Shown: positions 20,755 through 32,466 of the stretch, one piece after another | How the letters are laid out: each line of letters begins with the position of its first letter | How positions within the stretch are numbered: position 1 is the stretch's first letter | Assembly (NCBI GenBank): GCA_963789395.1 | Contig: CAWBKP010000006.1 | Span: forward strand, 1-64,000 | From: an uncultured delta proteobacterium | GTDB taxonomy: Bacteria > Desulfobacterota > Desulfobacteria > Desulfobacterales > Desulfatirhabdiaceae | Reading direction: 5' to 3' | Length of the DNA: 64,000 bases | Notes under the pieces: generated by a model | The model's input: only the letters and a program-made list of their open reading frames with translations | Database searches by the model: none | What the model was told of the DNA's origin: nothing | Position numbers and translations under genes: made by a program

Positions 20755-21838
20755 ATGGGTCAATTTTCTGCGGGGGAATCCGCGCGCATCCTGATTGTGG
20801 ACGATGATCCGGACATCCGGGAAATTTTCAAGGAAGGCATTCAGTACGTCGGCTACGCTTGCCTGACGGCCAACGGCGCCTACGAGGCACTGGAGATCCT
20901 GCAGCAGCAAAGCGTGGATGTGGTGGTTTCAGACATCAATATGCCGGAAATGAACGGCCTGGAGCTGATCAAGGTCATCAAGGAGCGGCATGACTCGGAT
21001 GTCATCATCATGACCGGCTTTATTGAGGATTTCACTTATGAAGAGATCGTCGGTCGCGGGGCCAGCGATTTCATCCAGAAACCCGTCCGGATTTCGGAAT
21101 TCATCGCCCGGCTCAAACGGGTGCTCTTCGAACGGGAGACCCTGGCCCAGCGGGACAGGGCCGCAGAGAGCCTGCGCCTGAATCTGGAAAAATTTCAGCG
21201 CGCCATGGACGGCATCATTCATGCCATTTCCCTCACCGTGGAGCTTCGAGACCCTTATACGGCCGGCCATCAGCAGCGGGTGTCCGATCTGGCCGCGGCC
21301 ATTGCGGCGGACATGGGTCTGTCGGCGGACCGGATTTACGGGCTGCGCATGGCCAGCAACATTCACGACCTGGGAAAGATCACCATCCCCGCCGAAATTC
21401 TCTGCAAGCCCGGTCACCTGGGGCCCCTGGAATACGAACTGATCAAAAATCACGTTCAGGCCGGCTACGACATCCTGAAAAAAATCGAGTTTCCCTGGCC
21501 CCTGGCCGAGATCATCCTGCAGCACCACGAGCGGATGGACGGATCGGGATATCCGCGTGCGCTCCAGGGGGAGCACATTCTGATGGAAGCACGGATTCTT
21601 GCCGTGGCCGACGTGTTCGAGACCATGTCTTCGCACCGGCCTTACCGGCCGTCCCTGGGTCTGGACCGGGCCATTGACGAGCTGCTCCGGAACAAGGGCA
21701 GGCTTTACGATGCGGCCGTGACAGAGGCCTGCCTGGATCTGATCATCGAAAAGCGGTTCACGTTTCGAAGGAAAGCCGGGCAGTTTCGAGGAACCGGAGG
21801 GATGGAGCGGCATCGAACAGCCGCTTTTTCCGAATTAG
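20755..21838 (+). CDS. response regulator with HD-GYP c-di-GMP phosphodiesterase domain; probable one-base indel near the C-terminus
   Basis: REC domain, DPYTAGHQQRV, HDLGK, HHERMDGSGYP, HRPYR; removing one T near 21763 gives ...FEGKPGSFEEPEGWSGIEQPLFPN* ending at 21838. Confidence 0.88.
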
Positions 21839-21842
21839 TCAT

Positions 21843-21897
21843 TTGGTCATTCGAATTTAGAATTTGTTTCGGATTTCGGATTTCGATATTCGGATTT
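21843..21897 (-). repeat. 7-nt-periodic interspersed repeat, copy 1
   Basis: Reverse complement AAATCCGAATATCGAAATCCGAAATCCGAAACAAATTCTAAATTCGAATGACCAA. Confidence 0.8.
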
Positions 21898-24500
21898 ATC
21901 CTGCATCAGCGTTTCGATGTCCTTTCCGAGCTTGTTCCGATAATAATTCACCGATCCGGGATTGGCCATGATCATGTCCAGCTGGCGCGTGTGAAGGGTC
22001 AGATACCCCAGGACTTCCATCTGCTTTTCCATGTGCGCCATGTCGTGGTTTTCCAGCCGGGAGGCCAGGTGGTCTTCCTTGACTTCCACCCGGAACCCCT
22101 GCTCTTCCAGAATATCCTTGATGAAATGCACGCGTCCGAGCTTGCGGTAGGTATCGGCGGCCCCGCCTTTGAACTGGAAGCTGATGTAGTTTTCCCGGGG
22201 CCTTTCGCTGATCAGGGCCTCGATGGTTGAAAAATGATAGCCCAGCCGGGAGCTCAGGCTGCAATAGTGCCGGGATATCATGAAATAATTGCGCTCGGCA
22301 TACGCCGATCGCACGCCGGGGGTCAGGGCCGTATTGGTGGTGGACTGGTACATCACCGAAAGCATGCCTTTTCTGTCCATGGCAGGCGGCCCGTCCCAGG
22401 GAATGGCGACAAAGCCTTTCCAGAAGGCCTTCATGGGAATGGAGTCGATGTTCTCCAGGGTGACGTATTTTCCCGGCACCTCTTCCTTGAACCCGTCATC
22501 CAGGTTCAGCACCCACCATTGCATGGGAACCCGGTAGTGAAGCTGTTTGCTGGAGCGTTCCGAAAAATTGTGGTCCTTTCCGAAATTAAACATTTCGATC
22601 ACGGATTTTTCATGAATGAAGCGGGTGATGTCATGAAACGTGGTGCAGTTGGCGGGGCAGAACTCGCGGGCTGTCCGGATCCAGCAGGTGAAGCGGAATG
22701 ATGTGCCGGCTGACCTGCTGGAGAATCTCGTGCACCGGGCTGCCTGCCATGAGATGGGTTTTGGAAACAGCCGGCGCCGGTAAGCAGGGCCGGGACTGAT
22801 CCGTCATAGATGGCCTGGCGGGAGGCATCCACGGTGACCACCTGGCCCGGGGTCAGGATCGTTGCGGCATCCGGGATGCCGAACAGGGCCGGAACCCCGA
22901 ATTCCCGGGCCACATTGGCCAGATGGCCTGCAAATCCGCCCTGTTCCGTAATCACGGCGGAAGCACGGGTCAACAGGGACGCCCATCGGGGAAGGGCCTG
23001 GCGGGCCACCAGGACGGCGCCTTCCGGAAAGGCCAGCACATCCACGCCCCGGTCCCCCAGGTACACGGGGCCGCTGCCGGCGCCCGGACTTGCCGTGATG
23101 CCGCCGCCGGCGATGCGCCGCTTTTTCAGTTCGGGGTCGATGGCCGGCGTCATCGGCTTCCCCCGTGAGAATCTGCTTCAGGGGCCGGCATTGCAGAATA
23201 TGAATCGCCCCGCTGCCGGCAATGGCCCATTCGATGTCCTGGGGCATGCCGTAATGATTTTCGATGCGGACGGCGATCTCCGCCAGATGCCCGGGCCTGA
23301 TCGTCCGTCAGGCAGGGACGGTTGCTCTCCTCCTCCGTCAGATCCATGCGGCAGACGCCTTCCTGGGGGTAGCAGACGAATTTTCGCTCCTTGGGGCTGA
23401 TCTCTTTTTCAACGATCGGCATGGGCGGCTGCCTGGAGGCCACAAAAAGGTCGCAGGCCACGCTGCCGTCCACCACGGATTTGGGAAGACCCCATACGGC
23501 ATTGATGAAAACGCGGTCATCCCGGCTGGAGACCGGGCTCCGGGAATAGGTGACCCCGCCGGATACTGCATCCACCATGACCAGGCACCCGACGCACATC
23601 AGGATGTCTTCGTCCCGGAAGCCCTTGTTCATCCGGTAGGTAATGGCCTGAAGGCTGTATTTGCTGGCGATCACTTCCTTGTAAGCCTGAAAGACGTGCT
23701 CGAAGCTGACGTTCAGCTCCGAGCGGTACTGGCCGGCAAACGAGCTGCCTTCGGCGTCTTCTCCCAGCGCGCTGCTGCGAAGCGCCACCGTGATCCTGCC
23801 CCCGCTTTCCGCTTCCAGGTCCTCCCAGGCCCCGCGGATGGCGGCTTCCAGATCGTCCGGAATCCGGGAGCGGATCACCAGTTGCTGGATTTCGGCGCTG
23901 AACGCATAGAGGTCCTCGATATCATCGGAATCAATGGACTGGAGCTTGCGGTCGATTTCCACCTGAAGGCTGTTGTAGTCCATGAACCGCTTGAAGGCCG
24001 AGGAGGTGATCACAAATCCCGCGGGGACTTTCAGGTGAATGCGGTTTTTGACTTCGCCGAGATTGGCCATTTTGCTGCCCGCCACTTCGGCCATGTCCTT
24101 GTCCAGGGAGTTCAGGGGAAGAATCAGGCGGCCGGTCGGCAGGGCCCTGGTGTGCTTGAGGATGGCGTCGACGGTTTTTTCGATGAGCGGCGAACCGCTC
24201 ATCCAGTTCCGTGTATTTGCCGGGCGCCAGATGGTGAAGGCTCTGGATCATGCGAAACACGTTGACGGAAATGGATGTGGCGCTGGACCGGACAAAAGAC
24301 ATGCCGTAGGGCCGATCTCCCTGAAGGGCCTGTTCCATTTCCGCCATGACTTCCAGGGAGCGGTTGTTGGCGCTTAAAAGAAGCTTGAAATTGTGATACC
24401 GCTCCTTGAACGCGACGCGAAGCTCTTCAATATTTTCGGGTTCCGCCGGCGGGGGATCGAAAGAAAACAGATTCTTGAAGAAATTTCGGATTTTTTTCAT
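21847..24500 (-). CDS. PEP/pyruvate-binding plus PEP-utilising mobile domain protein (PEP synthase-like), several frameshifts
   Basis: [20 protein letters not shown]...SFAGQY, PQDIEWA...LQCRPL, phospho-His motif [17 protein letters not shown], spread over ORF pieces. Confidence 0.85.
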
Positions 24501-24529
24501 GTATGGGATGTATCATATCCAAAAAGTAC

Positions 24530-24557
24530 AAAATTCGAAGCACGAAATCCGAAACAA
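24530..24557 (+). repeat. 7-nt-periodic repeat, copy 2 (partial)
   Basis: AAAATTCGAAGCACGAAATCCGAAACAA. Confidence 0.7.
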
Positions 24558-24631
24558 TAACAGCCATGCCCGGGTCGGGTGCAACGAAAGATGGAAATTT
24601 CGTTTTCATATAACGCGGAATACGAACACCT

Positions 24632-24656
24632 TCATTCCGGGCTTGACCCGGAATGA
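24632..24656. repeat. REP-like hairpin
   Basis: TCATTCCGGG-CTTGA-CCCGGAATGA; resembles the hairpins at 53542-53615. Confidence 0.6.
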
Positions 24657-24709
24657 CGAAAGAAAAACCCCCTTTTTCGAAAAAAGGACTGTCTGAAGCG
24701 GCCGGAAGA

Positions 24710-25398
24710 TTAATGTTCGAGCTTCAACCCCCATCCTTCGAACATGAACAGAATGGCAAAGCCGTACCACATGGTGTAAATGACATAAAACGCCAGTGAA
24801 AACACGACAAGGCCCCATTTGGCGCCGATGTTTTCGGGCATCGACCTTGTAGTAATTATAGGCGCATTCCACAGCTCTTTTGTTGATATCGCCGATAAAC
24901 TTGGTTTCGGCAAATTTTTTCTGCTTGTTCAGATCCTTGGTCAGGGCCTTCAGCGCCATCCACCAGTTATACAGGGACAGCCGTTCATCCATGGCGTACT
25001 TGGTTTTGACGCCCTCGCCCTGGTTGTTGAACATCTGATCCGAATCTTCCAGGCAGTTGGTCAAAATGCTGCCCAGATCTCCGCTGACCTTGATTTCCGA
25101 TCCGTTCACATTGACCATGGCCCCGGATTTCATGAACAGGGGAGCGGTTTCCTTGGCCTGTTTTTCATCCTTCATCACCACCGATGCGGTAATGATATCT
25201 CCGGAGTACTTGGCCGCCTTTTTTTTCAGATCCGGGATATAATAGGCAGAGCCCTTGGAAATGGAGTTATAGAGGCCGTCCAGATAATTCAGGCCGTTCT
25301 GGCCGCCGAATACCGGCGAGAACATGATGGCAAGAACCACGAGAAAGGCGACCATCAGCCCCACGCCGCTGTAGAATTCTTTTTTGTTGTGCTAACAT
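24710..25398 (-). CDS. conserved membrane protein partnering TauE/SafE, two frameshifts
   Basis: N-terminal TM, LYNSISKGSAYYIP, C-terminal TM YTMWYGFAILFMFEGWG; ATG overlaps the TauE stop. Confidence 0.7.
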
Positions 25399-26684
25399 CA
25401 GGCCACCTCCTCCCCTTTCAGTTTTTTGATGTTCATCAGAAATGTGCCGATCACCCAGACGGCAAACGTCCCGATCACGATGAAAAAGAGAATGCCGCCG
25501 ATTTTATCCAGGAGAACGGACGTGTCCTTGGAAAGGGAGATGAATTCCAGGTCCGCCAGTTTTTTGGGAAGGGCGAAAATCCGGTTGACAAATCCCGCCA
25601 GAACCGACAAGGCGTAAAATCCCCGGATGGTGATTCCCGGGCACCACCTTGGTGACCAGCGCGCCCATCTGGATTCCCAGCAGAGAGCCCAGCAGCATGC
25701 CCATGGCCAGGGTGTAGAAAATAAACCCGTAAATGGCGTACTGGGCGATTCCGGCATAGCCCGCGGTGAAAATGATCTGGAAGATGTCGGTGCCGACGGT
25801 CGTCAGGGATGAGACCCCCAGAACATAGACAAAGATCGGAAAGGTCAGAAAACCGCCGCCAACGCCCATGATTGCGGCAGCCAGTCCCACCAGGGCGCCG
25901 CTCAGGATCAGAAACACGCAGGAGATCTGGCGGCCTCCGGGAATGATGCCTTCATCGAAGGTGATCATGGGGGGGATTTTGATGGCCTGAAGTTTTCTGG
26001 GAAGATTGCCCATTTCCGCGCCTTCCGTTTTGCCGCCATGCGCGCCGCCGGCAGCGCCCCGGATTTTCTGGCGCTTAAAAAATCCAGCAGCGAATAAATC
26101 CCCAGGCCGCCCAGCATGAAACAGTAGACCGTCGTAATAAAGGCATCGCTTAAGACCGGATTGATTTCATACAGCCACCGGTTGATCACGCCGCCGGTGG
26201 TTGCACCGACCATGGCGCCGATCAGAAAAATCAGGGCCAGGGGCACCGAGATGTTTCCCAGTTTTTTATGAATCACGCTTCCCATGATGGCTTTGGCGAA
26301 AATGTGAAACAGGTCGGTTCCGACAGCCAGAATACCTTTGATGCCCGCGCTCATCAGGGCCGGAGCGATCACGAATCCGCCGCCGGCGCCGATGCAGCCG
26401 GTGATCAGGCCGGCGCAGATGCCGATCAGGATGGAGGCGATAAATATCCCGGTTGAATAAAAGGCCGGGCTGTAAGCGCTTTTGTCGCCGATAAAATTGG
26501 GAAGTGCTCCGGCGATCTGATCCGCAAAGGCATAGCCTCCCAGAAGAATCGGAATGGAAAACAGGCCCAGAATGGCAAGCCGTTTTCTGGAACCCAGAAT
26601 GTTTCTGGACATCTCAATCTCCCATGATGCGTGGGCTCTGGCGCCCGCCATCATGAATTGACCCCATTGTTTGAAAAAGTTCAT
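25398..26684 (-). CDS. sulfite exporter TauE/SafE family protein, two frameshifts
   Basis: GCIGAGGGF...AVGTDL and MGVGGGFL...TVGTD internal repeats. Confidence 0.85.
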
Positions 26685-26741
26685 GTCGATGCTGCTCCTA
26701 TTGGTTGATAAGTGGTAAATTAACGTGTCGAATTCAAAATG

Positions 26742-27182
26742 CTAATCGCCGGACTGGGGCAGTTTACTGGAAATCATCACCTCCTCGAGATGTTTTATTT
26801 TTTCCATTTGTATGGATTTTTTCTTGAACGCATCCTGAAGCTTATATAATAGCTCATCGATGTTGATGGGCTTCATCAGATAATCAAAGGCCCCGACTTC
26901 CATGCCTTCCCGGGCGATTTCCAGGCAGGCATGTCCGGTCAGCATGATGACTTCCAGCAGGGGGTTGGATTTTTTGATCTTTCTCAGCGTTTCAATGCCG
27001 TCCATTCCGGGCATGCGCACATCCAGAACCACGACATCCACGGCATTGTCCTGTAAAAAGGCCAGCGCTTCTTCGCCGCTGTTGACCCCGCAGGCATTCA
27101 ACTGCCGTTTTTTCATCCGCTTGAGCAGGGTTTCCAGAAAATCGACCTCGTCATCCACAAACAGTACATTAAACCCTTCCAC
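26742..27182 (-). CDS. single-domain response regulator
   Basis: VDDE, LDVRMPGMDG, LTGH, KP. Confidence 0.92.
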   Translation of the reverse strand: MEGFNVLFVDDEVDFLETLLKRMKKRQLNACGVNSGEEALAFLQDNAVDVVVLDVRMPGMDGIETLRKIKKSNPLLEVIMLTGHACLEIAREGMEVGAFDYLMKPINIDELLYKLQDAFKKKSIQMEKIKHLEEVMISSKLPQSGD

Positions 27183-27185
27183 CTG

Positions 27186-27581
27186 TTACCTCCTTAAGGA
27201 AACCGCCTGCTGGATCTTTTCGATCAGCACGTCAAAATCGCAGGGCTTGATCAGGTAATCCATGGCCCCGTATTCCATGCCTTCCCTGGCGGCGATCTCG
27301 CTGCCGTGTCCGGTCAGCATGATCACCTGAAGATTGGGCGCCATTTTTTTGAATATTTTGAGCACTTCGATGCCGTCCATGTCTTCCATTTTCAGGTCCA
27401 GCACCGCGACATCAAATTTTTCCTCCCGCAGGATCTGGATGGCTTCAAAGCCGCTGAATGCCTTGCGGACCTGGATGTTGCGTTTTGCGATGCGCTTGGC
27501 CAGCACATTGACAAACCCCTGTTCATCATCTACCAGAAGCAGCCGGACCGGCGCATTTTCGCTGTGATCCTTCTCGGCCAT
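27186..27581 (-). CDS. single-domain response regulator
   Basis: VDDE, LDLKMEDMDG, LTGH, KP. Confidence 0.92.
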   Translation of the reverse strand: MAEKDHSENAPVRLLLVDDEQGFVNVLAKRIAKRNIQVRKAFSGFEAIQILREEKFDVAVLDLKMEDMDGIEVLKIFKKMAPNLQVIMLTGHGSEIAAREGMEYGAMDYLIKPCDFDVLIEKIQQAVSLRR

Positions 27582-27592
27582 GACGGGCCTCC

Positions 27593-28024
27593 TTAAGCCT
27601 GCCGGGATGTAATTTCCCTCATCCGCGCCTGGATGATTTTCTCTTCATGGGATCGCCGCCGCTGGGCTGCGGCATCGACCTTGGAAACCAGCTGGTCCAT
27701 GTCGCAGGGCTTCATCAGATAATCAAAGGCGCCCAGCTTCATGCCCTCGATGGCGGATTCGACCGTGGCATGTCCGGTCAGCATGATGACCTCGGTAATG
27801 GGAAATCTGCGCTTGATTTCCTCCAGGGTCTGAATGCCGTCCATTCCCGGCATTTTGACATCCAGAATCACCACTTCCACCTTGCTGTGCCTGGAAAGCT
27901 GCTCCAGGGCATCCTGACCGGTATGCGCGGACAGAATATCAAACCCGCGCTTGTTCAGCCGCTTGGTCATGGTTTCCACAAAAGGCACTTCATCATCGAC
28001 TAACAGTAAATTGGCCAGGCTCAT
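27593..28024 (-). CDS. single-domain response regulator
   Basis: VDDE, LDVKMPGMDG, LTGH, KP; AAGGAG RBS. Confidence 0.92.
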   Translation of the reverse strand: MSLANLLLVDDEVPFVETMTKRLNKRGFDILSAHTGQDALEQLSRHSKVEVVILDVKMPGMDGIQTLEEIKRRFPITEVIMLTGHATVESAIEGMKLGAFDYLMKPCDMDQLVSKVDAAAQRRRSHEEKIIQARMREITSRQA

Positions 28025-28080
28025 GCGCGTTCTCCTTAACTTTTTACTTTGCCATTCCACGTTGGCTTTTATAGGGTTAT

Positions 28081-29799
28081 CTAAACAATTTCCGGGTCCG
28101 GGGTCTCGGTTTCTTCGGGTATCGGCAGGTAAACGGTAAACGTGGTGCCCACGTTTACCGTGCTGTGTACCTTGATTTCCCCGCCCATTTTCTTGACGAT
28201 GCCGTAGCAGATGGCCAGCCCGAGTCCGGTGCCCTTGCCCACGGGCTTGGTGGTGAAAAACGGATCGAATATTCTGGGCAGGTTGGCTTCGGGAATGCCG
28301 GAGCCGGTATCCGTCATTTCAACCACCACCTGCCGATCTTCCAGCCGGGTGTAAATGAAGAGTTTACCGCCTTTTTTCTCCATGGCGTCGATGGCATTGT
28401 TGATCAGGTTCAGAAACACCTGCTGAAGCTCGGAAACAGACAGCCTCAGGAGCGGCAGATGCTCTGCCAGCTGACTGTGAATCTCCACCATGCTGTATTT
28501 TCCCCGCTGATCCGACAAGGACACCAGGTCCGTGATCAGGTCATTGATCTGGATATCCTGAATCCGGGAATCCGTTTTGCGGGCAAAACTGAGGAGTTTA
28601 TAGGTAATGTCCTTGCAGCGGGTCCCCTGGGTCTTGATCTGGGCCAGAGCCCGCTTGAACTCGGCGAAGTTTTCGGTGGCCTGGAATTCCTCCTCTTCCA
28701 GCAGATCCTGAATCCATCCGGCCTCTTCCACCATAATGGCAACCGGATTGTTGATTTCATGGGCGATTCCGGCGGCAAGCTCTCCGACCGAGGCCAGTTT
28801 TCCGGTTTCAATGACCTGCTGGTTCAGCATTTCCTTCTCGCTGTCGGTAACCGCGATGCGGTTGACCATTCTTCCGGACAGCACAAAGGCCATGGTTACG
28901 ATGCCGATACCGCCCAGAATAAAAATAAGGATCGAAACCGCCTGGGTCTGATTCAGTTTCGAAAAGGCATCAGCGGAATTCTGCTGGTAGATCAGCAGCC
29001 AGTCCCCGTTTTTCAGCAGCGAGCCCACGTAGATGTTTTTCTTGCCGGAGACATCCACCTGTTCCGTGATGTGAACTTCATCCTGTCTTTCGAGTGCTGC
29101 TTCCTGCCGGAAAATCGACATGTACAGGTCTTTATTGGGAATCACGTTAAAAATCGGATTGGTTTGAAAACTGCCTTCGCGATTGATGATGAATGCAAAC
29201 CCCGTTGCGCCCATGCGGATCTTGGCGACCAGGGAGTTGAACGCTTCAAAATCGATGGTGGCCCGCAGAATCCAGGGTTTTCCGTCCCGGTTGTTGCGCA
29301 CGGCAATGATAAAGTGGGGAACCCCCCGTAAGCCCAGAAAAACGTCGCTGATAAAATGCTGGCTTTTCATGGCTTTTTGAAACCAGTCTGCGTCCGCGTA
29401 GTCGGCCTTTGCCAGATGATACGGTCCGGCATAGGCAACTTGCTTTCCCTGGTCGTCAATGACGCCGATATCCACAAAAACCGGCCCGTACTCCTGCTGC
29501 ATGATGGTCAGCGTGTTCTGCAGAAACGCCTCGTTGCTCAGATTGGCGAATCCGGCGCTTCTGGAAAGGTAGCGGATATCGGAGAGCTTGTTCATCAGAA
29601 ACATATCGATATGGGTCGTATGCTTCTGGACCATCTCGTTTAAATGGGCGAATATCTTTTCCCGGTAAGACGTCCGGAACTGATAAAAAATCGTTGCACT
29701 GACCAGAAAAACCGGGATGAAGGAGACCGTGATAATGGTGATGAACATCTTGCGGGTCAGTGTACGATAATACGGTTGCGGTTCTGATGTGTGGGTCAT
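28081..29799 (-). CDS. membrane sensor histidine kinase (Cache-like domain, NtrB-type core)
   Basis: Two TM segments, [33 protein letters not shown]. Confidence 0.94.
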   Translation of the reverse strand: MTHTSEPQPYYRTLTRKMFITIITVSFIPVFLVSATIFYQFRTSYREKIFAHLNEMVQKHTTHIDMFLMNKLSDIRYLSRSAGFANLSNEAFLQNTLTIMQQEYGPVFVDIGVIDDQGKQVAYAGPYHLAKADYADADWFQKAMKSQHFISDVFLGLRGVPHFIIAVRNNRDGKPWILRATIDFEAFNSLVAKIRMGATGFAFIINREGSFQTNPIFNVIPNKDLYMSIFRQEAALERQDEVHITEQVDVSGKKNIYVGSLLKNGDWLLIYQQNSADAFSKLNQTQAVSILIFILGGIGIVTMAFVLSGRMVNRIAVTDSEKEMLNQQVIETGKLASVGELAAGIAHEINNPVAIMVEEAGWIQDLLEEEEFQATENFAEFKRALAQIKTQGTRCKDITYKLLSFARKTDSRIQDIQINDLITDLVSLSDQRGKYSMVEIHSQLAEHLPLLRLSVSELQQVFLNLINNAIDAMEKKGGKLFIYTRLEDRQVVVEMTDTGSGIPEANLPRIFDPFFTTKPVGKGTGLGLAICYGIVKKMGGEIKVHSTVNVGTTFTVYLPIPEETETPDPEIV

Positions 29800-29803
29800 G
29801 TCA

Positions 29804-30178
29804 TCATTCCCTGTCCAGAAGATCTTTGACAGCCTGTTTCAGGTGATCGACGCTGCTTCCTTTTTTTTCAACGAAAATGATGGGTTGCGTCGTTTCCAGT
29901 TGATACATCACCTCGGTCTGCAGCGTATGAATGACGATCGGCAATCCCGGAATGATCCGGTGTATGTGATGAACCAGGGACAGGTCGTTTGTATCCGGAA
30001 GGTCCGGATCCAGAATCACCATGTCCGGCCGGGTGCCGGGATTGTGAACGTCATCGATGAGTTCCTGACCGCTTTTAACCAGCCGAATGCGGTAGCCATC
30101 GGCCATCATCTCGCGCTTTAAAAATTCCCGGACATGGGGATTTCGATCTGCAATCAGCAGGAGTAGCGGTGTGTTCAC
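29804..30178 (-). CDS. atypical receiver-domain protein
   Basis: LIADRN, VILDPDLPD, IVIHT; REC-like with a degenerate acidic pocket. Confidence 0.75.
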   Translation of the reverse strand: MNTPLLLLIADRNPHVREFLKREMMADGYRIRLVKSGQELIDDVHNPGTRPDMVILDPDLPDTNDLSLVHHIHRIIPGLPIVIHTLQTEVMYQLETTQPIIFVEKKGSSVDHLKQAVKDLLDRE

Positions 30179-30257
30179 GAATTACCCTTGGTGGCCACTC
30201 AGAAAGCCATTTGTTTACGCGTTCAAAAATACGGTGAATGATTTTAAATTCTGACTT

Positions 30258-30273
30258 AGCAATTCATATACCA
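30258..30273 (-). promoter_or_regulatory. sigma54 (-24/-12) promoter of the HK/RR/TauE/PEP operon
   Basis: TGGTATATGAATTGCT (GG-N10-GC) about 80 bp upstream of the first gene. Confidence 0.7.
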
Positions 30274-30788
30274 AGGAAGAAAAAAAAATAAAAAAATTTT
30301 AACCCGCCAATATTGTATTGAAATTTGCCGAGGTGGCTGCAGTCTGAAAGATTCCGGAAAGCATGAATTTGTCGGTATTTTTTACAGCATGGAAAACGGC
30401 AATACGGTAAGGCCAGACCGGTTTTCTGTAAATCTGTTATTGACAGAAGACCCAGGTATCGCATATCATCACGAATAGAATAAGAAAATCGATACTGCTG
30501 TTTCAGTACAAAAACCACGCCAAGATTGAGTTTGTCTTCGTTATTGCAACGATTCCGGCATGTTCGGAGTTTGAATTCACAACGCCGTTTTCTCCAATAA
30601 ACCGATTATATGGCCACCAGTAGTTGTTTATTCTTTAAGGATGATGGTTTCAAACAAACCCTGTCCGCGTTGCATTTCGTCCGTTGCCAGTTTACGCGGT
30701 CCCATCACGGATACCGCGTATCTTTTTCCTGCGGTCTGTTCTGCGGAAAACCCTTCAATAACACCAACCCCTGCCTAAAGGAGCCCTC

Positions 30789-31437
30789 GTGATGGATGAT
30801 TTCCTTCATAATTTACGAACCGGTAAAAACAAACCCTTTGATCGAAACCGGAAACAATTTGATAACAATGGATATAAAAACCCAGACAGACAGGGACCCA
30901 ATGACAACCGTCGAAAAGACGCGTTTCAGAGAACCCCTCCGGTAGATCATTTTCCTGCCATTAAAAAACTGCTTGGAGATATCACGGATGGCCAGCGGCG
31001 CCAGGCTGAAATTGATGAGCGCCGGGCAACTGCGGAAGAGCGCATCGCATCGGCAATGGAGAAAATCGCATCGGGGTTTTTTGAGAAAAATTCAGCTGCC
31101 CTTGCTGCCGGGATTGAAAAGGAAATTGACCGGGAATCCCGGACTGTCCCGGAAGCCGTTAAACCGGAGCGCACTCCGCAACCTGCGATGCCGGATGCCG
31201 TTTCCGGAGCGGGGAAAACAGTCCATCCTGCGGAGGCAATCGAACTCCGGGGTGGACCGGAAGAGCGTTCTTGATATGATCGGCGCCATGCGCAAAGAAC
31301 AGTTGAGTTATGAAAAGATCGCCCGAACGCTGGAAGCGCAGGGAATTCCCACGTTTTCCGGAAAGGGCGCCTGGCACAGCCAGACCGTTTCCAAGCTCTG
31401 TCATCACTTCCATCCATCCCTTGTCCAGGGAGCCTGA
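30789..31437 (+). CDS. hypothetical protein with C-terminal recombinase-type HTH, one frameshift
   Basis: AAGGAG RBS; the second frame gives LSYEKIARTLEAQGIPTFSGKGAWHSQTV. Confidence 0.65.
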
Positions 31438-31539
31438 ACCGGGGATGTGAGGGGCGTTTTCGTACCTGTATTTCCCCTTGTTCAAATGGGGAAATGATGA
31501 ACCGGACCCGGCTCCGGACATTGGAGAAAAGGAGCCAGT

Positions 31540-32466
31540 ATGAACGCAGAATCCCCGCGCATCAGCCGCAGGCAGTTTATCCGCCTTGCAGGTGGCGCAG
31601 TCCTTTACAGCATTGTCCCGTCCGGTTTTCCCGCCGTAGCCGCTGAAACGGGAAACGGATTTATCGCGGAGGCGTCATCCGCCAAAGAGTCCTGTGATGT
31701 CAGGGCACTGACCCGAAAACTTTTTGACGCCGCGGGCGGCATGTCCCGGTTTGTCTCCCGGGGAGAGGTGGTGGTGATCAAGCCCAACCTGTCTTGGGCC
31801 AGAGCCCCCCAACTGGCTGCCACCACGAATCCGGAAGTTCTGGAGACCGTCGTTTTTCTCTGCCAGGAAGCCGGGGCAAAAAAAGTTCGCATTGCCGACA
31901 ACACCATCCATGAAGCCAGAAACTGCTTTGCGGTCACCGGGGCCGATCAGGTGGCGAAGAAAACCGGGGCTGACCTGGTGTATCCGTTGTCCAACCTCAT
32001 GCGGGACATGAACCTTCAGGGGCATCGCCTGAATGTCTGGCCGGTGTTCACGCCGTTCAAGGAAGCTGATAAGATCATCAACCTGCCGGTTGCCAAGGTC
32101 CATGGCCTCAGCGGACTGACCCTGGGGATGAAAAGCTGGATCGGCGCGGTCGGCGGCAGGCGGAACGCGCTGCACCAGGATATTCACCAGAGCATCGTGG
32201 ATCTGGCTCAGTTTTTCAGGCCCACCGTCACCCTGATCGACGCCATCCGAATCATGACGGCCAATGGCCCTTCCGGCGGCAGCGCATCCGATGTGGCGGT
32301 TGCCAATCGTCTGATCCTGAGCGATGACCCGGTTGCGGCCGATGCCCTTGCCTGCAATCTGTTTCAGGTTCAACCGTCCGCGATCGCCTATATCCAGCTT
32401 GCTCAGAAATGGGGGCTGGGAACAGCGGATTTCAGCCGGCTGACCCGCTACCAGGTCGTGCTGTGA
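31540..32466 (+). CDS. Tat-exported DUF362 domain protein
   Basis: SRRQFI twin-arginine signal, VVIKPN, INLPVAKVH...TLGMK, DPVAAD. Confidence 0.85.
   Translation: MNAESPRISRRQFIRLAGGAVLYSIVPSGFPAVAAETGNGFIAEASSAKESCDVRALTRKLFDAAGGMSRFVSRGEVVVIKPNLSWARAPQLAATTNPEVLETVVFLCQEAGAKKVRIADNTIHEARNCFAVTGADQVAKKTGADLVYPLSNLMRDMNLQGHRLNVWPVFTPFKEADKIINLPVAKVHGLSGLTLGMKSWIGAVGGRRNALHQDIHQSIVDLAQFFRPTVTLIDAIRIMTANGPSGGSASDVAVANRLILSDDPVAADALACNLFQVQPSAIAYIQLAQKWGLGTADFSRLTRYQVVL

Noticed and set aside
21770..22230. Long C-terminal extension of the HD-GYP protein
   Set aside because: It runs antisense through a repeat and the PEP gene; removing one T gives a normal stop at 21838
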